Positions 20,880-30,541 are shown, counted from the first letter of the stretch. The stretch is 64,000 bases of DNA from Terriglobales bacterium (GCA_035631655.1 DASQIH010000127.1:6789-70788); one strand, 5' to 3'. Program-made: numbers and translations. The notes: a model not told the origin generated them from the letters alone.

Positions 20880-21962
20880 TCAGAAGCGTAAGATCGGATC
20901 AGCATCCGCCTCCCGGTTCTTGAAGACCAATTTAATCAACTGCTGCACCTGCTGGCGTTGCTGGTCGGTGTGGGTGCCGAAGGCGACGCCCATGCCAAAC
21001 CCGGGATGTACCACCTGCACCACTCCCTCCGAGCGGAACTTGATTTCTGACGTGCGCACAACGATTTCCAGGTTCGTTCCGGTGGGAAAAGGCGACGGAG
21101 TCTCTACGTAGCAGCCGCCCACGCTGATATCGGTGAGATGGCAACGGTGAGGAACATTCACTCCCGCGCGGTAGACCGCTGCTCCCAACTGGCACGCATG
21201 CCGCGATTGAATGCGCCGGTCCGAAGGTGAGCTGGCCAGTCGCCCCGGCTGGCCAACTGGTAGCTGCACGGTGACTTTCGATTGCTCGACCGAAATCCGG
21301 GAGTTCAGCCACTCCTTCAGAAGGCGTCGCGCAACCTGCGGCACGTCCAGGAAACGGACGCCTGCCCGTCCAGTGGAGTCTTGCCAGACGGTTTCCCCCG
21401 ACATCTGGACGCATTTCGTCTGACCGGGCAAGGTAAAGCGAAAATAAACTTTGCTCTGGCTGGGCAGCTGGTACTGGCACTGCAGCGCCAGCCCTTCCTC
21501 GCTCAGGTCCACCAGGATCGCAGGCATGCTCTCGACGTTCGAATAGCTGAGACTCGCCTGCGCACATACTGGAGCGCGGCGATGCTTGCGATTTTCTCGT
21601 CTTACCAGACGACTGGCGGCCCGCAAGCTGGCCCGGGCCCGCTCGGCCGATACCGGCCGGTACAAAATGAAGTTAGCGCCCATCGCGAAGACACTACGCA
21701 CGCTGCTTCCTGCGTCCACAACGCTGATGACGAGTGAACTCTGGTTAGCCTGCGATGAGCGCGCCTGCTGCAGCAGCCGATCCCCTGTTGGCTGGTCGGG
21801 GCTGTCCACGAGAATGACTTCGTATTGCCCGGTTGTAAGTTTCCGGCGCGCAGCCGAAAAGTCCCCGCACTCTTCCACCACAATTTCCATCTCCGCCAGA
21901 ACTTCGCCGAGGACACCGGCGGTATGCGCGTCCGCGGAGATCAGCAGGGCACGAGAACTCAT
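20880..21962 (-). CDS. receiver-like domain plus two PilZ domains
   Basis: N-terminal REC-like fold (ALLISAD...VILVDSP...). This is followed by two PilZ signatures (RKHRRAP...; DRRIQSRH...GGCYVETP). Start moved to MSSRALLI. Confidence 0.6.
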   Translation of the reverse strand: MSSRALLISADAHTAGVLGEVLAEMEIVVEECGDFSAARRKLTTGQYEVILVDSPDQPTGDRLLQQARSSQANQSSLVISVVDAGSSVRSVFAMGANFILYRPVSAERARASLRAASRLVRRENRKHRRAPVCAQASLSYSNVESMPAILVDLSEEGLALQCQYQLPSQSKVYFRFTLPGQTKCVQMSGETVWQDSTGRAGVRFLDVPQVARRLLKEWLNSRISVEQSKVTVQLPVGQPGRLASSPSDRRIQSRHACQLGAAVYRAGVNVPHRCHLTDISVGGCYVETPSPFPTGTNLEIVVRTSEIKFRSEGVVQVVHPGFGMGVAFGTHTDQQRQQVQQLIKLVFKNREADADPILRF

Positions 21963-22274
21963 AGCTATGCAGCATCCTAGGGACGCCACACAGAGCGGAC
22001 AAGTTACTACTGTAACGTGACATCAATGCCCTTTTTCCCCGGTAAAACCAGGTCCGCCACTATTCAATCCAACCCCTAATGTTTTGTTCCCGGGCTGACA
22101 CGGCGCATGACAGCGTAGTACGACCACCATTGCCTCTCGGAGAGCTGCGATTTTAGCCAGGTTACTTCAGTCATCTGGAGAGGCGAAGCGTAAGAAGGTA
22201 TGTTCAGCTTAGTTGCCGCCCAATCGTTACCGCAGGTTCGGCCAGGCATTCCCAGCCGGACGAAGGATTATCCG

Positions 22275-22700
22275 ATGTTGAAGAAGATGTGGAACTGGTT
22301 GATCGCTGCAGGAGCGCTCGTGTGCTTCATTGGATTGCTCTTCCTTCCGTCCGCGCTGAGTCCCCACAACCGTGATGAAAGCCTGCTGGGATCGGGATTG
22401 GTAATCTTTTCCTTCGGCACTTTAATGATAGCTAGCGCACTCTATTTCAAGGCACAGGCCCTCCGAGCAGAAATCGGCGCCGACCCTGCCCGGACGGCCC
22501 ACCAGAATGGCAAGCGGCGTAAGGGTACTTGCGATGCTTGCCGGGCGGCCGCCCCGGTCGTGCAGTGCACCATGCACAAGATGAGCCTGTGCCCCACCTG
22601 CATGAGCCAGCACTACGATTCGCGCGCTTGCGTCTACGTACCCGCGGTGCGCCGGGTCGCCGGGAAGATGGCCAGAGGCGCCTCTGCTGCTCGGGTCTGA
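22275..22700 (+). CDS. two-TM membrane protein with C-terminal Cys-rich (B-box-like) zinc-finger motif
   Basis: MLKKMWNWLIAAGALVCFIGLLFL and a second TM, then CDACRAAAPVVQCTMHKMSLCPTCMSQH. Confidence 0.45.
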   Translation: MLKKMWNWLIAAGALVCFIGLLFLPSALSPHNRDESLLGSGLVIFSFGTLMIASALYFKAQALRAEIGADPARTAHQNGKRRKGTCDACRAAAPVVQCTMHKMSLCPTCMSQHYDSRACVYVPAVRRVAGKMARGASAARV

Positions 22701-22754
22701 TGCTCACCTGACCTTCAGGTCCCCCCCTTGTTGTCGCGTAACCTCGCAGGCGAA

Positions 22755-23753
22755 CTAGCGGCGAATCCTTGGCGTGCCTCCGGGAGGCAGCGGGCTTGCT
22801 TTGGCAGGAGGAGCCTCCGCGACATTCAAACTGAGATCGCCGGACCAAGAATCGACCACCGCCTTCCATTCCCCAGTTTTCTGTCGAGCGAAGACCACCA
22901 CATATTTACCGCGTTCCTCCCGCCGCTTGCCGACTGCAACCGGCACCAGCATCTGGCAGCGGCCTGCCTCGTAGGCAAGGTCGCCCAGCAACTCGACCCG
23001 GAACGGTTCCATCTCGATATCCCCCAAACCGGAATCGAGCGCGGCACAAAAAAACTCGCGGATCGCTGGTGTTCCGCGAATGGCGGGGAAATTGGGGCGC
23101 AAAACCAAGGCGTCCGTCGCGTAAAACGTGAGCAGATCATCCAGCTGCTTGTTGTTACAAGCCAGGGCCCAGTCCTGAGTCATCTGGCGTAGGGCGGCTT
23201 CCGCACGACTGAGTCCCGGTCCACCCAGTGGAGCGCGCACTCTCCCGGGATCCTTCGCTGCTGTCGACGCTGCCGTCCTTTGGCCAAAAGCACCCGCAAC
23301 CAACTCGGCTGCCGACCCTCCCTCGAAATAGTGATGGTGGTAGTGATGATGGTAATGATGGTGGCCTTTGGCCTGGGGACCCTGCCATGAACCCGCTTCT
23401 GCCGACTGTCCCAGCGGCTGTCCGCACATGCCGCAGAACTGGTTTTCCACCTGGTTGTGATGGCCGCAGCCGCGACATACCGGAAGTCCTTCCGGAGAAA
23501 AATCATCGCTCGATGGGATTGTCGATTTTTCCTGTTGCGCTTCGGCGGTGGACCCAACCCCCTGGATGGCCCGAAGCGCAGCGGCAATAGCTTCATCGCC
23601 CGCTCCGGGATGGCCTGGCCCTTGCTTGTCTACCAGCCGCTTGAAGAATTCTTCGACTTCTGGACTGCGCTCCAACTCCGGGGAGCGGTTCACGGAAGGA
23701 GGCCTGTCTCTGGGCTGTTTCTCGTCGTCCACATCAACCGCCAGAGACGCCAT
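22755..23753 (-). CDS. zinc-ribbon / (HHHY)x3 / SnoaL-DUF4440-like domain protein
   Basis: CRGCGHHNQVENQFCGMCG zinc ribbon and a GHHHYHHHYHHHY tract. The C-terminal ~130 aa resembles an NTF2/SnoaL-like fold (LLTFYATDALVLRPNFPAIRG...GKYVVVFARQKTGEWK). Start at MASLAV avoids overlap with the upstream gene. Confidence 0.55.
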   Translation of the reverse strand: MASLAVDVDDEKQPRDRPPSVNRSPELERSPEVEEFFKRLVDKQGPGHPGAGDEAIAAALRAIQGVGSTAEAQQEKSTIPSSDDFSPEGLPVCRGCGHHNQVENQFCGMCGQPLGQSAEAGSWQGPQAKGHHHYHHHYHHHYFEGGSAAELVAGAFGQRTAASTAAKDPGRVRAPLGGPGLSRAEAALRQMTQDWALACNNKQLDDLLTFYATDALVLRPNFPAIRGTPAIREFFCAALDSGLGDIEMEPFRVELLGDLAYEAGRCQMLVPVAVGKRREERGKYVVVFARQKTGEWKAVVDSWSGDLSLNVAEAPPAKASPLPPGGTPRIRR

Positions 23754-23772
23754 TTTAGACGAAAACCGGCGT

Positions 23773-24219
23773 TCATCGATGCCAAAACTCGATCTTGGCT
23801 TCGGCCTCAGTGGGCACGCCGTTACAAGTCGCTGGCCGATAACGCCAGTGACGCACAACATTCAAAACCGCCTGCTCTTGCCGCTCATCTCCCCCCTGAA
23901 GGATTAGAGGGCTATGCACGTTGCCGTCGGTTCCGACGATGAGGCTGACCGTGACCGGCTCGTCGCCGTCAGCAGCCAGCAGTAGCGGGTTTGGCGTGGT
24001 TAGCGCTTGGGGAGGCTGCGTATCTTCGCAGTGGGAACGAGCCAGGAAATGCGGGACATCCGTGAATCGGGAATCATGCACAGCGGGCCTAAAGATCAGC
24101 CGCTCCCGCACCGACAACTTTTCTGAACCATTCGCTGTAACCGGGGTCCGATGCGTGGAAGCCACGCAGATCGCGCACAGCAGCAACAACAGAATTGGCC
24201 AGAGCTTACGAGTGTTCAT
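23773..24219 (-). CDS. small secreted or anchored TonB C-terminal-domain-like protein
   Basis: MNTRKLWPILLLLLCAICVAS signal/anchor. The C-terminus VTVSLIVGTDGNVHSPLILQGGDE...VVRHWRYRP resembles TonB_C. GGAAGGA lies upstream of the ATG. Confidence 0.5.
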   Translation of the reverse strand: MNTRKLWPILLLLLCAICVASTHRTPVTANGSEKLSVRERLIFRPAVHDSRFTDVPHFLARSHCEDTQPPQALTTPNPLLLAADGDEPVTVSLIVGTDGNVHSPLILQGGDERQEQAVLNVVRHWRYRPATCNGVPTEAEAKIEFWHR

Positions 24220-24576
24220 CTCATTCCTTCCTAAAACTGTGGCGCGTATCGGGGGCGGAGTGCATCCCGTTTGGTGCAGCCAAAGCGCAATCGGCATGCC
24301 AGCCACAACACGCTATGGCGTTGATTCAGTGGCCAAATCCAGCTCAAAAGGACAGCCAATGTGAAATCTCTTGCACCTTAATTGCTCACAATGACCTGCT
24401 AGTTGGCCAAACCCCGGTGGTTGCTGGAGAAATCCCTTTGCCGCCGCAAGCCAATTGTGAGCTGCGAACTTTGCTCTGTGAGTCCGGTCACATCGCACTA
24501 TGAGCCGTTGGTTCAGAATTTTCTTACCGTGGATTCCCAGACACGGGGTTGGCGAAATCCACCGGGGGAGGGCGCG

Positions 24577-25251
24577 ATGTTCGAACAAGAGATCGAATTA
24601 GAAAAGCGCGAATCGTCTGTCGTCCCACTGCTTCTGATCGTGGTCATGATCCTGGCCATCGTCGGTTTGGCGGGCTACTACGTCTGGCAAAACAAGCAGG
24701 TGATGAGCACTGCGGACGCCGGCAGCGTCGTTTCCGCGTCGCTGAAAGCGCAGGGCCCCGCGGTGGTTCGCTTCCACACCGGGATGGTGAAAGCGAGTGT
24801 GAATGAAAAGCCCGAGGACCCACATTACCGGCTGCTGGAGAAAGCCGGTCTCCTCAAGCGCGGCAAGCTGACTGGCCGAACCTATCCGATTGTGCTGACC
24901 TCACAGGGCGAGAAACTGCTGGCGGAAATCCCCGACGTGGAAAAGACCAAGGAGAAGGACAACACTGATTTGTACGTTGTTCCCCTGGCCGAGCGCCGCC
25001 TGGCGGAAATTTCCAAGATCACCATGCTGAGCCCGGAACGGGCAAGAGTCGAGTTCAGCTGGCGCTGGGAACCGAACAAGCTGGGCAACCTGTTCGAGGC
25101 TTCAGGGTCGCTGGTGAAAAGCTTCAACACCTGGGACCGCTCCACGCTGATCGACAAGTACGGCGTCAATTTCTACCATGGCGAGCCCACCAAAGTGGCT
25201 CTGGTGCTCGTGAAGACGCCCAGCAACCGGTGGCAGGTCGCGATCGAGTAG
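24577..25251 (+). CDS. hypothetical single-TM protein
   Basis: ATG 24577 is preceded by GGGGGAGG. There is an N-terminal TM (VVPLLLIVVMILAIVGLAGYYVW) and then a soluble domain with no motif I recognise. Confidence 0.5.
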   Translation: MFEQEIELEKRESSVVPLLLIVVMILAIVGLAGYYVWQNKQVMSTADAGSVVSASLKAQGPAVVRFHTGMVKASVNEKPEDPHYRLLEKAGLLKRGKLTGRTYPIVLTSQGEKLLAEIPDVEKTKEKDNTDLYVVPLAERRLAEISKITMLSPERARVEFSWRWEPNKLGNLFEASGSLVKSFNTWDRSTLIDKYGVNFYHGEPTKVALVLVKTPSNRWQVAIE

Positions 25252-25280
25252 TTGAGTTGTTTCCTCTTCTTCCTAGTCTG

Positions 25281-25312
25281 GGGCACGGTTAAGCACCGTG
25301 CCCTTTGTTTTT
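25281..25312 (+). terminator. intrinsic terminator
   Basis: GGGCACGGT-TAAGC-ACCGTGCCC, a perfect 9-bp stem, followed by TTTGTTTTT. It lies 30 nt after stop 25251. Confidence 0.65.
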
Positions 25313-25327
25313 CTCAACCCAAATTCT

Positions 25328-25363
25328 TGTTATTCCGAGGAGGCTTGCGCCGACGGGGAATCT
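25328..25363 (+). repeat. loose relative of repeat family A
   Basis: TGTTATTCCGAGGAGGCTTGCGCCGACGGGGAATCT shares the TGTyATyC.GAG...GGAATCT/GGATCT frame of family A. Confidence 0.3.
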
Positions 25364-25470
25364 GGGTTAGGAGTTTTGCGCGAAGCACTTCATTGCGGAT
25401 GGTTCCGAGAACCTAGCTCTTGGCAGGAGGCAAGAGCCTCCCGCCTGTCAGGAAACACTGAGAGCCGAAC

Positions 25471-25851
25471 TTAGCGAACTTCGACGCTGCCGTGGAGTTG
25501 GATGATTGGACGGCGCACGATGATCTGCCCACGTTCGTCCTGATAGTAGTAATGAGGCCGGCCCTCATACATGTACGTGCGGCAACCGTATTTCTTGGCC
25601 TGGCCGGGAGGCAGACCGCAATTACCCCAGCCGGTTTTCTTTCCGCGATTCCATCCCGGAGGACGGCCGTCGCGATCGCCGTAAGTGCGATATTCGTATC
25701 CGTTGCGCGTTTCCCAGCGGCCCTGGTCGTCATCGAAGTGCTTCTTGGCGTGCTTGTTCCCTTTTCCTTGTCCGTGGTCCGCCATTAGAGTTGGGGTGGC
25801 CAATCCAAGCGATGCTATGAGAGCGAGCACTGCCAGCCCGTATCTGATCAT
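25471..25851 (-). CDS. hypothetical secreted Gly/Arg/Tyr-rich protein
   Basis: MIRYGLAVLALIASLGLATPTLMA signal peptide, followed by a charged Gly/Tyr/Arg-rich mature part. Confidence 0.45.
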   Translation of the reverse strand: MIRYGLAVLALIASLGLATPTLMADHGQGKGNKHAKKHFDDDQGRWETRNGYEYRTYGDRDGRPPGWNRGKKTGWGNCGLPPGQAKKYGCRTYMYEGRPHYYYQDERGQIIVRRPIIQLHGSVEVR

Positions 25852-25990
25852 TCCAATGCTCCGTATTAAGGGCAAGTAGAACAACACCAGAGTAGCTTAC
25901 TCTTTCCTAGCTTGCAGGGGGACGATTACGGAGGTGTTGGGCAGCCGGGTTCCCATGATTTATGCTTCTTTGTTTTTTAGGAGACAGACT

Positions 25991-28900
25991 GTGAAAGCAA
26001 GATGCCGGAGTGCTCTATCAGTTCTCGGAATTCTGCTTTTTGGATTAATCACGTTCTCCGCCGCCCAGGAGTTCAGTCCGAAGCTTTATCAAGGCATGCA
26101 ATGGCGGATGATTGGCCCTTTCCGCGGCGGCCGCACCGTGGCGGTGAGCGGAGTGCCGGGCCGACCGAATGTCTTTTACATGGCGCCCAACAATGGCGGT
26201 GTGTGGAAAAGTAGCGATTCCGGTCGAACCTGGAATCCCATCTTCGACGGCCAGCCCACCGGATCGATCGGCGCCCTGGCTGTAGCGCCTTCCAATCCCG
26301 ACATCATTTACGTGGGCAGCGGCGAGGGCTTGCGCCGACCTGATCTCTCGGTAGGAGACGGCATCTACAAATCCACCGATGGCGGCCAGACCTGGCAGCC
26401 TCTCGGATTGCGGGACGCCCAGCAGATTGGTGCCATCATCGTTGATCCTCGCGATCCGAACCGCGTGTTGGTTGCGGCTCTCGGGCATCCTTATGGCCCG
26501 AATCCCGAGCGTGGAGTCTTCCGCTCGCTGGATGGCGGCGCGACCTGGCAAAAGGTCCTTTACAAAGACGACAACACCGGGGCGATTGATCTGGCATTCG
26601 ATCCCGCGGACGCACAAATTGTCTATGCCGATATATGGTCCTCGCGCCGTCCGCCCTGGACCACTGGCGGCGGCTACAACGGCCCGGGCAGCGGGCTTTA
26701 CAAATCAACCGATGGCGGCACTAACTGGAAGCAACTCACTGAGGGCCTGCCCACGGAAAAGGACAAGCTGGGCCGCATCGGAATTGGTATTGCCCCCAGC
26801 CATCCGAATCGCATTTACGCCTTGGTAGATGCGCCGAAGCTTGGTGGCTTGTATCGTTCCGATAATGCCGGCGAAAACTGGCAGAGAGTGAACGAGGAAG
26901 AACGCATCTGGGGACGTGGTGACGACTTCGCCTGCGTTCGCGTAGACCCCAAAAACCAAGATATCGTCTACGTGGCGAACACTTCGACCTATCGTTCCAC
27001 CGACGCCGGCAAGAATTTCACCGCCATCAAGGGCGCGCCGGGTGGAGATGACTACCACACCATCTGGATCAATCCGGAGAATCCGGACATCATCGCGCTC
27101 GCCAGCGATCAGGGCCTTACTCTCAGCGTGAATGGCGGCCAGACCTGGAGCTCGTGGTACAACCAACCGACGGCGCAGTTCTATCACGTCATCACTGACA
27201 ATCAGTTTCCCTACTGGGTCTACGGCGGGCAGCAGGAGAGCGGCAGCGCCGGTACGGCCAGCCGCAGTGATTTTGGCGAAATCACGTTTCGCGAGTGGTA
27301 TCCGATCGGAACCGAAGAGTACGGCTACGTTGCTCCCGATCCGCTCAATCCAAATCTCATTTACGGCGGCAAGACCACGCGCTATGACCGCACCACCGGC
27401 CAGACCCAGGATGTCTCACCCGTGGTGCTGCGTACTGGCCAGTACCGCTTTAATCGCACGGCACCGCTGATCTTCTCCCCAGCAGACCCGCATGTGCTCT
27501 ATTTGGCATCGAATGTGCTTTTCAAGACTACTAACGGCGGACAAAGCTGGGACATCATCAGCCCCGACCTGACCCGCGAAGATCCGGGAGTGCCGCCCAA
27601 TTTAGGCGTGTTCGTCGAGTCCGACCCGGCCAAAGGTAAGCATCGTGGCGTGATTTACTCGATTGCTCCCTCGTCCAAGGACGTAAACCTGATTTGGATC
27701 GGCACCGATGACGGCTTAATCCAGGTGACGCACGATGGAGGCAAGAATTGGCAGAACGTCACGCCCTCGGAGTTGACGCCGTGGAGCAAGCTGGCCCAGA
27801 TGGATGCCTCGCACTTTGACACCGTGACGGTCTATGCCGCCGTGAATCGTTTTCGTCTCGATGATCTGCGTCCGTACGTCTATCGCACCCACGACGGCGG
27901 CAAAACCTGGCAGAAGATCGTTACTGGACTTCCCGAGAACGAACCCGTCAACACCGTACGCGAAGATCCCGAGAGAAAAGGCTTGCTCTTCGCCGGCACC
28001 GAGCGCAGCGTGTATGTCTCCTTCGATGATGGCGACCACTGGCAATCGCTGCAGCTCAACTTACCTGCGACTTCCATCCGCGATCTGGTCGTTCACCAGG
28101 ATGACGTGGTAGTGGGCACACATGGGCGATCTTTCTGGATTCTCGACAACATCACGCCGCTCCGCCAGCTCAACCCGTGGGTAGCCGATTCCGACGTCCA
28201 CTTGTTTGCGCCCGAGGTCACGTACCGCATGCGCCGCGACAACAACACGGATACGCCGCTTCCACCCGAAGAGCCCGCCGGCAAGAATCCGCCCGACGGC
28301 GCCATGCTGGATTACCTGCTGAAATCAAGCGAGCCCGTCACTCTCGAGATTGCTGATGAAGCCGGAAAATTGGTGCGCCGGTTTTCGAGTACAGACAAGC
28401 CGGAACCGGTGAACCCAAAAGAATTGCCCGTTCCCACCTATTGGATCAGGCCGCCCCAGATTCTCTCGGCGGAGCCCGGCATGCACCGCTTTGTCTGGGA
28501 TCTACACTATCCGCCCCCCGATGCGCTGGAGCACGAGTACCCAATCTCCGCGATTTACCACGACACTCCGCGTTTCCCGCTCGGCCCCGCCGTCCTCCCG
28601 GGCAACTACAATGTCAAGCTCACCGCCGGCGGAAAAAGCTACACGCAGCCTCTGACCATCAAGATGGATCCGCGCGTGAAGACCCCGCCTGACGGGCTTC
28701 GCCAGAAGTTTGAAACCGAACTCAGAATTACTGAGGCCATGCATCAGGACTACACCGCTCTGCAAGAGGTACGCCTCCTGAGAGCTCAATTAAAGCAACT
28801 GCAGGACAAAGCCAAGAAACCGCTTTCCGATTCCATCGCAGCTTTTGACAAGAAAGCTGCCGAACTGGAAGGCGCGTCTGGTGGGTATGGCGCGGTATTC

Positions 28901-29140
28901 CTGAAAGACGCTGCCGGAAGAAGTCTCGCGCGCTTGAATGGCGGTCTCAATCGCTTGCTCGGGGCGGTGGACAGCGCTGATGCAGCGCCGACCACCCAGC
29001 AGATCGCCATGCTCAACCAGGTGCAAGCCGCACTCGAGCAGCAATTGGCCGCCTGGAAGGAAATGAAAGAGCGCGATGTGGCGGCATTGAATAGCCGGCT
29101 TCGGCGAGCCCAGCTAAAGGAAATCACGATTGAGAAGTAG
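25991..29140 (+). CDS. secreted BNR/Asp-box (sortilin/VPS10-type) double-propeller glycosidase-like protein
   Basis: At least 11 Asp-box motifs (SSDSGRTWN, STDGGQTWQ, SLDGGATWQ, STDGGTNWK, SVNGGQTWS, TTNGGQSWD, THDGGKNWQ, THDGGKTWQ, SFDDGDHWQ...). GTG 25991 has AGGAGA 6 nt upstream and gives a signal peptide. Confidence 0.75.
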   Translation: MKARCRSALSVLGILLFGLITFSAAQEFSPKLYQGMQWRMIGPFRGGRTVAVSGVPGRPNVFYMAPNNGGVWKSSDSGRTWNPIFDGQPTGSIGALAVAPSNPDIIYVGSGEGLRRPDLSVGDGIYKSTDGGQTWQPLGLRDAQQIGAIIVDPRDPNRVLVAALGHPYGPNPERGVFRSLDGGATWQKVLYKDDNTGAIDLAFDPADAQIVYADIWSSRRPPWTTGGGYNGPGSGLYKSTDGGTNWKQLTEGLPTEKDKLGRIGIGIAPSHPNRIYALVDAPKLGGLYRSDNAGENWQRVNEEERIWGRGDDFACVRVDPKNQDIVYVANTSTYRSTDAGKNFTAIKGAPGGDDYHTIWINPENPDIIALASDQGLTLSVNGGQTWSSWYNQPTAQFYHVITDNQFPYWVYGGQQESGSAGTASRSDFGEITFREWYPIGTEEYGYVAPDPLNPNLIYGGKTTRYDRTTGQTQDVSPVVLRTGQYRFNRTAPLIFSPADPHVLYLASNVLFKTTNGGQSWDIISPDLTREDPGVPPNLGVFVESDPAKGKHRGVIYSIAPSSKDVNLIWIGTDDGLIQVTHDGGKNWQNVTPSELTPWSKLAQMDASHFDTVTVYAAVNRFRLDDLRPYVYRTHDGGKTWQKIVTGLPENEPVNTVREDPERKGLLFAGTERSVYVSFDDGDHWQSLQLNLPATSIRDLVVHQDDVVVGTHGRSFWILDNITPLRQLNPWVADSDVHLFAPEVTYRMRRDNNTDTPLPPEEPAGKNPPDGAMLDYLLKSSEPVTLEIADEAGKLVRRFSSTDKPEPVNPKELPVPTYWIRPPQILSAEPGMHRFVWDLHYPPPDALEHEYPISAIYHDTPRFPLGPAVLPGNYNVKLTAGGKSYTQPLTIKMDPRVKTPPDGLRQKFETELRITEAMHQDYTALQEVRLLRAQLKQLQDKAKKPLSDSIAAFDKKAAELEGASGGYGAVFLKDAAGRSLARLNGGLNRLLGAVDSADAAPTTQQIAMLNQVQAALEQQLAAWKEMKERDVAALNSRLRRAQLKEITIEK

Positions 29141-29147
29141 GGGGATC

Positions 29148-29179
29148 GTGTGGCGGCGGGTCTTCGACCCGCCCTCCCC
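29148..29179. repeat. repeat family B, single-hairpin copy between convergent genes
   Basis: GTGTGGCGGCGGGTCTTCGACCCGCCCTCCCC. Hairpin GGCGGGTC-TTC-GACCCGCC. Confidence 0.6.
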
Positions 29180-29188
29180 GGCAAGGCT

Positions 29189-30541
29189 TTATCCTCGCGC
29201 TGCAATCATGAGCCCACTTGCACCGGGCAGGCGGATGTGTTGCACATCCGGAAAACCTGCTTCTCGCAGCCAGTCTGTATACTCCGGCTCGCTGTAACTT
29301 GCGCCGGCGCGCGTTCCCACCAGCATGTTAAGGGAGAACAGCGCCGCAAACCGGGGAGCCGTCTTGCTGGGCTCCAGAATGAAATCCTGAATTACTAACC
29401 GTCCCTTAGGAGCAAGTGCCTCGTAGGCTTTCTTGATTAATGCGCGATTCTCCTCCGGGGAAAACATGTGACAAATCGCGGAAAGCAGAATCAAATCGAA
29501 GTTCTTGCCAAAGGAATCGCGCAGCATATCCCCACTTCGCGTCGTGATGCGATCGCTCAGACCTGCTTTCCCAATGTATTCCTGCGTGAGCGGGAGAACA
29601 TAGCCCAAGTCCAGGATCTCCGATTTCAGATCAGGAACAGCGCGGGCAAAGGCAATGGAATACGCTCCCGACCCGCCACCGAGGTCTAACATGCGATGAA
29701 TCCCGCTAGTTCCCACCGCTTTGAGAACCAGTCCGGCACGTTCCTTCGCATTGCGGTCCATAGCAGCTATGAAGTCGGAACGCTCTTCATCATCGCGAAC
29801 GCGCGCCTTTAGCGAAGTGCCTGCGCGCACGGCGTCGGTGAGCGTCGACCAGCGATGCCATAGGTTCGCTGTGTGCATCAGCCCGCCCCGCGCGTTGTCC
29901 GGAGAACCTTCCGCAAAGAAGCGCGCACTGCCCGCGGTATTCGAAAAAGTTCCATTGTGCTTCTCGAGGAGCTTCAGGCTGACCAAGGCATTGAGCAGCA
30001 TTTCGGTCGCGCGTGGATCAGCTTCGATTTTTTCGGCCACTTGCTTTCCCGACGCGCCCTTCCCCACAGCGGTAAACACGTCCAGTTCCAGCGCCGTGAG
30101 TACGGCCCGGCTGGGCGTGAATCCACGAATCATTTCATTGAGATCGTCAGGAAGAGTGCCTGCCTGATCTCTGGCCTTCATGGCACCGCGATAACGCTCC
30201 CGGTGCTCAGTCATCGCGGCTTTCATAGCTGGAGAGTCATTCCACACCAAGCGGGAGATGACCTTGCCCGAACGAAAATGGCGGCTGACGATCTCGGGTA
30301 CGTCCTCGTTCTTCACCTTGCGATACCAGGTACCCTCGGGATACGTAATCATCACGGGACCGTCATCGCACAACCCAAGGCAACCACAGGTCGTCACCTG
30401 GACGTCGTTGTCGAGCCCCTGCGACCCGACCTCGCGTTGCAGGGCCTCGAGAACGCGAGCCGAGCCATTACAAGAACACGAGGTTACTCCTTCGGGCTTT
30501 TCCTGTGTGCAGACGAATACATGATGACGAAACGGCTCCAT
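29189..30541 (-). CDS. thioredoxin-like [2Fe-2S] ferredoxin fused to a class I SAM-dependent O-methyltransferase
   Basis: N-terminus MEPFRHHVFVCTQ...SCSCNGS...TTCGCLGLCDDGPVMITYPEGTWY. The C-terminus has a wHTH dimerisation region and MLDLGGGSGAYS (SAM motif I), typical of the O-methyltransferase 2 family. Confidence 0.7.
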   Translation of the reverse strand: MEPFRHHVFVCTQEKPEGVTSCSCNGSARVLEALQREVGSQGLDNDVQVTTCGCLGLCDDGPVMITYPEGTWYRKVKNEDVPEIVSRHFRSGKVISRLVWNDSPAMKAAMTEHRERYRGAMKARDQAGTLPDDLNEMIRGFTPSRAVLTALELDVFTAVGKGASGKQVAEKIEADPRATEMLLNALVSLKLLEKHNGTFSNTAGSARFFAEGSPDNARGGLMHTANLWHRWSTLTDAVRAGTSLKARVRDDEERSDFIAAMDRNAKERAGLVLKAVGTSGIHRMLDLGGGSGAYSIAFARAVPDLKSEILDLGYVLPLTQEYIGKAGLSDRITTRSGDMLRDSFGKNFDLILLSAICHMFSPEENRALIKKAYEALAPKGRLVIQDFILEPSKTAPRFAALFSLNMLVGTRAGASYSEPEYTDWLREAGFPDVQHIRLPGASGLMIAARG

